Shown here: positions 57,059 through 64,000 of the stretch, one piece after another
How positions within the stretch are numbered: position 1 is the stretch's first letter
Layout of the letters: the number at the start of each line of letters is the position of its first letter
Source of the DNA: the human T2T-CHM13v2.0 reference genome, Homo sapiens
DNA: 64,000 nt
Direction: 5' to 3' (one strand)
Assembly (NCBI RefSeq): GCF_009914755.1
Contig: NC_060932.1
Made by a program: the position numbers and the translations under genes
Notes under the pieces: generated by a model
What the model saw: only the letters and a program-made list of their open reading frames with translations
What the model was told of the DNA's origin: nothing
Database searches by the model: none

Positions 57059-57354
57059 AACCAGGCACTGTGATTCATGCCAGTAATCCCAGCACTTTAA
57101 GAGGCCAAGGTGGATTGCTTGAGCCCAGGAGTTCGAGACCAGCCTGAGAAACATAGTGAAACCCTGTCTCTACAAAAAATAAAAATAAAAATAACCTGGT
57201 GTGGTGACATACCTGTAGTCCCAGCTAGTCAGGAGGCTGAGGTGGGAGGATTGCTTCAGCCTGGAAGGTCAAGGCTGTAGTGAGCTATGATCACACTACT
57301 GTGTTCCAGCAGTAGTCTTTTGAGACATTGTGTCAAAAAATAAAAAGGAAAAAA
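57059..57354 (+). mobile_element. AluJ
   Basis: Alu dimer; TSD aagacta(t/g)caaa(t/c)aga (57044-57059 / 57353-57368). Confidence 0.88.
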
Positions 57355-57399
57355 GACTAGCAAACAGAGGTAAGCATTAGGAAGAAAAAGCAGGAAGGG

Positions 57400-57858
57400 G
57401 TGGGGTTTACTATTTTTGAAAGGGTTGTTAGGTAAGGCCTCTGTGAAGAAATAACATTTGACCTGAGATTTAAATGCAAAGTGGGATTGAGCCATGGTAC
57501 CACCTATGGGAAAGTTCTTCAGGGCAGAGGAATCAGTAGGTATGAAGGCTCTGAGGTTGGAACTTGCTTTGAACTTTAGAAAGTTCAAAGGGCATGAAGG
57601 AGTACAGCATGGCTAAAGCTCGAGGCTCTGAGGTGGCTAACTCACAGAGGGTGCTAGAACCCCCATAAGGATTTTGTTAGCCTAGAGGTTTCATTCTAAG
57701 TAAGATTCAAAGCCACTGAATGATCTCAAGCTAGAAAGTGGCGTGGTCTCATCCCTTTGTAGAAAATCAACTGTAGAGGTCAGAATAGAAGCCACAGACA
57801 GACCAGTTGGTGAAGAAACCACTGCCAAAGTCCTAGAAAGAAGATCATGGTAGGACAG
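57400..57858 (-). mobile_element. L2 LINE fragment
   Basis: aggcctctgtgaag...acatttgacctgaga...gggcagaggaa.cag...aagccactg...agaccagtt antisense L2 motifs. Confidence 0.75.
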
Positions 57859-58284
57859 TGTCTTAGTTTATTTCTTGTTGCTCATAACAAAATACCTGAA
57901 ACTGGGTAATTTTCAAGGGAAAGAAATTTATTTCTTACCGTTCTGGAGGCTGAGAAATCCAAGGTCGAGGAGCTATGTCTGGTGAGAGCCTTCTTGCTGG
58001 TGGGGACTCCCTGCAGAGTCCAGAGGTGGCACAGGACATGGCATCACATGGCAATGAGGCTGAGCAGGCAAATATTCGAGGTCAGATCTCTCATCTTGTT
58101 GTGAAGCCACCAGTTTCCCTTCTATGATAACCCATTAATTCATTAATCCATTCTTTCATTCATTCATGAGGGGAGAGTCCTCATGATCTGATCTCCTCTG
58201 TAAGACCCAGCCTTTCAATCCTGTCACAATGGATGTTAAATGTCAACATGAATTTTGGAGGGGACAAATATTCAATCCATAGCA
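57859..58284. mobile_element. MST (MSTD-like) MaLR solo LTR
   Basis: TGtcttagt...gttctggaggctg.gaa.tccaaggtcgagg...ggtggggactc.ctgcagagtcc...ttttggaggggacaaa.attcaa.ccatagCA. Confidence 0.85.
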
Positions 58285-59399
58285 TGGTATCAAACAGTAG
58301 GTAAAATGTTCTCTGGTCTGCACTCTCAATAAAAAACAAACAAATCACTAAAATAAAAACTCCATGTGTGTTTCAGAGAGAGATTTTAATCTTGGCTATT
58401 TTGGTAGGAAACATATTGCTCTAACTTCTAACTTATTAATTTTAGACTTTATTCTTAGTGCTACATAATATTTATTCAATTGTTTAATTGTCATGTGTTT
58501 TGTGGATTTTTTTTTATTTCATGTACTATGTACTCATCTTTATGCCAGATTTACTGGAATGGGTTTTTATCATCAACTTAAATGAAAGTTTGAGCGTTCA
58601 TATTATTTTTACTTATACCATTCAATTATTAACCTTATATCTATCAAATTTATGGCAAATATTTTCCTAGTTTGTTGGCCTCGTTCTTTTGCGCATGATT
58701 TTATTTTTCTTTAAGTTTTCAATTTGAAGCCAAGTTTCTACTTGACGGTTGTACCTTTAATTTTCCTCTGAGCCAAGACTCCTTTAGGGCAGCTTTTCTT
58801 GATTTCCAGGTGCTAGGACTCCTTTAGTTTCAATCTTCAGGAGCACTGCCCACAGGGCTATCTACTTGGTGTGAATAATTTATTTATGGGTCAGTGCCAG
58901 ACTTCTCTACTTCCTGACAAACTGTTTGAGGAGAAGCATGAAAGAAGAGGACAGCTGAGCGGGGAACATAGGAGAAGTGCTTGCTAGATGCTACAAATAG
59001 CAAGTGTAAGAAATTAATCAGAAAGCAGGCAATTTACCCCTGAATTTCTGACCTAGGAGGAGAGTGGAGGTGGAGCAAAAAAGTTCCCAGACATGCTTTC
59101 AGCTGACCAATTTCTTCCTTGCAGTGATATAGGAGTGATGGGAATTTAAAATACCTAATTCTATTGACTTTACAGTAAGTGTTACACCTTAACATTAACT
59201 GTAGAGGCAAGAATAGAAGCCACAGACAGACCAGTTAGTTAAGAAGCCACTGCAAAAATCCCAGAAAGATCATGGCAGGGCAGGGTCTTAGTCCATTTCT
59301 TGTTGCTCATAACAAAATACCCAAGACTGGGTAATTTTCAAGGGAGAGGAATTTATTTATTATAGTCATTGTCTTGAGACAATGTGACTCTCAACTCTT

Positions 59400-59570
59400 A
59401 TATTTTGGTGAGAATGTGGATTTACTTATATTTCTATTTTACCCATTCATTGTAAGATCCAGTGAAAGAAGAGATCATCTTGGTTTTGTTCACCTGGTTT
59501 TACCCAGCTCTCAGTACAATCTCTGATACTCAACAGATGTTTAGGTATTTGTCAAATGAACAAATGGATG
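59400..59570 (+). mobile_element. L2 3' end
   Basis: tgtaagatcc...ttttgttcac...cccagc...tatttgtcaaatgaacaaatggatg. Confidence 0.7.
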
Positions 59571-59991
59571 GCTCTGAAATATGCAATGGTAGTAGTGAAT
59601 GGAAGATATTGTGTCACAGGCTGGTAGTCAGATGTATTATAAAATTGGTTCCATTGCCCTACTTTGTTAAACAGAGCAGCGCTTTTTGGCTCTGATCATT
59701 GTTAGTACCTACACTTCCAGGCTGGTGCCATCAGGAACCCTGGGATTTGGTAGTGAGATTTGCTTTTTTACTTCATTGTTTGGTACCACTCGGCTCTGAC
59801 AGCTTTATTTTACATTTTACTGTAGTTCTCAGATCTCTTCCTTGTGCTAGTTGGTATCATTTTCTTTCAAATTAACCTCTTCTAAAGTAAGTTTTGGATG
59901 GTGATGATTTGGGATATTTAAGCTCTCATTCATGGGGTGGTACTTGGGGTAAGTATGGAAGGATCCTAATATGTTTTCCCCTGGTAAATAA

Positions 59992-60349
<358 letters not shown>

Positions 60350-61634
60350 CCAGATGACACGTTTTATTGGTGATAAATTAGCATTCTTTAGACTTAAGCA
60401 ATGAAATGAAGTATCTTATTCTAAAACCAGCTTTCAGTGAGCTGTGCTTGTGGTGAGCAGAGTATGATGAAATGCCCCTGATGTGTATGCTCCTGTGTGA
60501 CTTCTCTTTGATGTCATCACGGCCATTGCTTTCTGTGATAAATTTCAGTTTTTATGTGTCCGTTAAATTACTGTGTTTTACCTATGCTGATAACTAGAGC
60601 TGAATGGTTGTTGTCAAACAAGAGATGTGTCTAGTACTACCAAGAGGCACTAGAGAGTAGAGATGTTGCTTAGACATGGAAGCAGAGAGTGAATAAGGAA
60701 ATAACACAGATCAGAGGAAATTGGCATGTGATGAAATAGAGGTGCTCAGGGTGGTATATCTCCACTTGAAGTCAATTGAGGATCCAGGGAGCAGAGGGCT
60801 TCCATCTGCGTCTTCCTTTTGTGTTCAAGGAAAGAGAAGTTTGGACCAAGGATAGGACCAAGATAAAACTGGGAAGAAGAAAATAGGTTCTTCAGCATCT
60901 AGGAGAAAACACATCCGAAATGGGAGTACCCTGTGCTCAGAGGATGGGGAAGGTGGGCTTCTCCAGAAGAAGGGCTGGGCCTCAACTGTGTCAGCTACCT
61001 AACCCAAGGCCTAAATGTCTCTTCGATCACTGGAGGAGTAACGTAAATGATCACCAAAGAAACTTATCTCAAAATCTACAGAACACTGAGCTTTAAATTT
61101 AATTTATCTGCTTATGATTGCACAAATCTGTATTACTTTAGCCTTGGTACAATCTCAAACCTTTATCAAAACTTGTTTAAATTCAGGCATCTTGACTTAA
61201 AACCTTGTCTAATAATATAATATCCTCTCACACAAAATACAAGTTCTACATTTATATGTTAATTTTCTGAGCTCCACTTTGGACCAATTATTGAAATATC
61301 ATCATCATCATGAACGTTGTAATGAAATGAAATGGCCTAATTGCAGTCACCTCTTTTCTCTCCTCCACTGCATTTTTAGAAAATGGGTCAAAGTCAATGT
61401 AGGATATTTGTGTTCTTTTCCTGCTCCCAACTTATTAGCTTGAGTATCCATTTCCTGAATATAACCAAATTTACCAAATAAAAGGGACAGGATATGGAAT
61501 AAAGAAACCAATCATTGCTGTTGCTCTATATTTTAGATACATCTCTCTCCCACACCCGAATCTGCTCACTTTTCAATTCCAGAAAAGAGTTCTGATTTTT
61601 TTAGTGACTTGTAAACATTCCTTTCTTCCTGTAG

Positions 61635-61815
61635 GTGGAATGGCTGAAAAATGAAGAGCCCATTGACTCTGAACAAGACGAGAACATTGACACCAGGGCT
61701 GACCATAACCTGATCATCAGGCAGGCACGGCTCTCGGACTCAGGAAATTACACCTGCATGGCAGCCAACATCGTGGCTAAGAGGAGAAGCCTGTCGGCCA
61801 CTGTTGTGGTCTACG
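61635..61815 (+). CDS. UNC5D: UNC5D internal coding exon (probably exon 5), C-terminal part of Ig-like domain 2
   Basis: Acceptor ctttcttcctgtAG at 61633-61634 and donor G|GTAAGA at 61816; 181 nt, phase 0 to phase 1. Translates [60 protein letters not shown], with the Ig I-set motifs W and DSGNYTC. Recognised as UNC5 family, matching my recollection of UNC5D. Confidence 0.95.
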
Positions 61816-62669
61816 GTAAGACCATTCCAAAGGCCAGGAATGGATAGGGAGGGCAGAAAGAGGTAGAGGGATGTGTGTTTTATTAAAACTTTCAATGTCG
61901 AGAGCTGCAAAGACCTTGGGGTTCATTCACAGCAGTGCTCTATCCTGCCTCCCTCGTCTGGCAGGCAAAAAACATCACTATTTCTATTAATGTGTTTGCT
62001 GTTCCTTCCAATATTGCACTTCCATGTGATAGTCAGTGACATTTCCAATCTCTCTTTTAAAAATAATAAAAAGCTGTTTATTTTCTTCCATTATGTTTAT
62101 ATTTGAAAAGAATTGAGATGGGCAACTTCTGCTTCCCACGCCTCTCAAACCCAACACTCACCCCAGTTTTTCCTAGACCTGCTGTCAGGTAGTCTCTCCC
62201 CTGGTATGTGAAATCCTCCAAAAACAAACAATACTATTTGCTGAATATCTCAGGTATTGTATAAAAGAAGTTCCCAGCTATTTAAGTAAAGGCATTCCCT
62301 TCCACAATAGAAGAGCCCTGGGATTTATTTTTGAAGCACTTAAAGTCATAGAAATTCAAATGCTGATATTTTCTTCTTATACTCTGGATTTTCAAGTGCT
62401 TTAGAGATTTATTGATGAGTTCTTTCTATTTCTTATAATTTCCTTGCAAGGCAAATTCTGTGTCCCTCCTATTTCAGATGAATAGGCTGAGGACTGGATG
62501 AGATGACTCCCCCACTGTTGTCTCATAATGGAGCAGCCAGTGGGGGCTGCACAGTCTCTCGGTCCCTGGATGCCTGACTCACAGCACCTGGCACAGTGGC
62601 TTGCACATAGTAGGCAATCAGTAAAAACCTCTCTCCTTTTTTTCTCCCCTCCCCATTTTTCTCTCTCAG
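61816..62669 (+). other. UNC5D: 854-nt GT-AG intron between the Ig2 and TSP1 exons
   Basis: GTAAGA...ctctctcAG; phase 1 matches both flanking exons. Confidence 0.93.
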
Positions 62670-62837
62670 TGAATGGAGGCTGGTCTTCCTGGACAGAGTG
62701 GTCAGCCTGCAATGTTCGCTGTGGTAGAGGATGGCAGAAACGTTCCCGGACCTGCACCAACCCAGCTCCTCTCAATGGTGGGGCCTTTTGTGAGGGAATG
62801 TCAGTGCAGAAAATAACCTGCACTTCTCTTTGTCCTG
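62670..62837 (+). CDS. UNC5D: UNC5D internal coding exon (probably exon 6), thrombospondin type-1 repeat 1
   Basis: Long pyrimidine tract, cAG at 62668-62669, donor G|GTGAGA at 62838; 168 nt, phase 1 to 1, in frame with the previous exon. Translates (V)[55 protein letters not shown], with WxxWxxW, CxxxCG and RxRxC TSP1 motifs. Confidence 0.95.
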
Positions 62838-64000
62838 GTGAGATATATGCAGATTCCCTTTTCCCTTCTGATCCACCAACACTATTAAGCTGGTGTGAAA
62901 CAATCAATGTTACCTTCTTTTCCAAAGTTACCCTCTCCCAAGTTCTTAGAATAGAACATTTATCCAAGGTGCTAATGTAAAGCTCATTGTCATGGCAGCA
63001 ACATGGGTGAAATACCACGGTGCAATGTTTTGGGGCATATTTTTTAATACTCAGATGACACTGAACATTCATCGTCAATAAGCCAATTGCTATGAAGTCT
63101 TGTTATACTGCTAGCATTTGGTTGGGCTAAGCCATCCCCTTCTCTCCTTGGGTTCTCCCATCTTGTGGCCTTTATTTGTATAATAGTTAGCAGGGATTAG
63201 ATAAGTTGTCTTAAAGCACAAAAGAACGGGTACCAAATGTTTGACTCTTTATCATTAGTTATCAATCAAATAACTTTATCAGTTCTAGCTTTGTATTTAT
63301 TTATAAGACAATTGATAGAGACTGTATACTGTCACAGCAGTCTATATTTTACATTTGGTCTATGCTTGCCTTTCTTTCTGTAAAAAGAGATACTTCATTT
63401 ACCAAGTATGGCTTTCATAAATTCCTTTGTCTCTTACTGGCTGTAACCCAATTTATACAACGATAAATAGATGAGATGGAAGATGACTTTCTTCATGAAA
63501 TGCATATCCTCCCACTGAGAAATAAATTGACCCTGGGTCTCACATGCACTACAGAACATTAACTCCAAGGACACTGGACTAGAGTCTCATGTCTTTATAA
63601 TAAAATTGCAAATTTAGTTGCAATCGAAGTTAAGGTGGGGCTCTTCCTAGCAGCATATTCTTGGAGTTTCATTTTGGACTTATGTTCAATAAGCATTTAT
63701 TGAGTGCTTACTATGTGCCAGGTACTGTGCAGGATGCTTTTACATACATAATGTTGTTTACTCCTGTGTTGTGAGTTTTATTATCCCCAGTTGGCAGACA
63801 TGGTAAAGTGAGGCTAAGTAACTCGCCCAGGATTGCTCAGCGGATAAGTTGGCAGATCCAAGACAAGGACTCAGACATTTTGCTTCAAGTTCAGTATTTT
63901 TTTTATAGTACCCTATTCTTGATTAATTGCTTTAGATTTAAAATTGCAGTATCTTAAATAACCCACATAAGCATGGTTGAACTATTCCTAGGAGGTAAAG
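62838..64000 (+). other. UNC5D: 5' part of the next UNC5D intron
   Basis: Begins GTGAGA; no second TSP1 exon before the window end. Confidence 0.85.
63690..63915 (-). mobile_element. MIR SINE
   Basis: catttattgagtgcttactatgtgccaggtactgtgc...attatcccca...aagtaactcgcccagg. Confidence 0.85.

Noticed and set aside
62528-62980. 150-aa + strand ORF as a single-exon gene
   Set aside because: Only 62670-62837 is UNC5-like. The flanks are intronic and include the pyrimidine tract.
62401-63078. 225-aa antisense ORF over the TSP1 exon
   Set aside because: No recognisable domain; partly the antisense shadow of a real exon plus repeat remnants.

Overview
AT-rich primate (human-like) genomic DNA lying entirely inside the netrin/FLRT receptor gene UNC5D, transcribed on the + strand. 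About 61.6 kb is the 3' part of one very long intron. Two coding exons follow: 61635-61815 (second Ig domain) and 62670-62837 (first thrombospondin type-1 repeat), both with canonical AG/GT boundaries and consistent phases. From memory these are exons 5 and 6. The rest is interspersed repeats (about 20 Alus, L1, L2, MIR, MER20, MER1B, Charlie4, MARNA, MER91, MST/MLT LTRs), microsatellites and repeat-free blocks that may be conserved. Nearly all ORFs in the supplied track are spurious. I see no new gene or prokaryote-type system. The best leads are (i) a MIR-derived 38-nt candidate poison microexon with very strong splice signals (43769-43806), plus other cryptic exon and recursive-splice-like sites, and (ii) a set of local tandem and templated duplications, one of which creates a perfect splice donor. 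Repeat subfamily names come from visual recall of consensus sequences and need RepeatMasker/Dfam confirmation.
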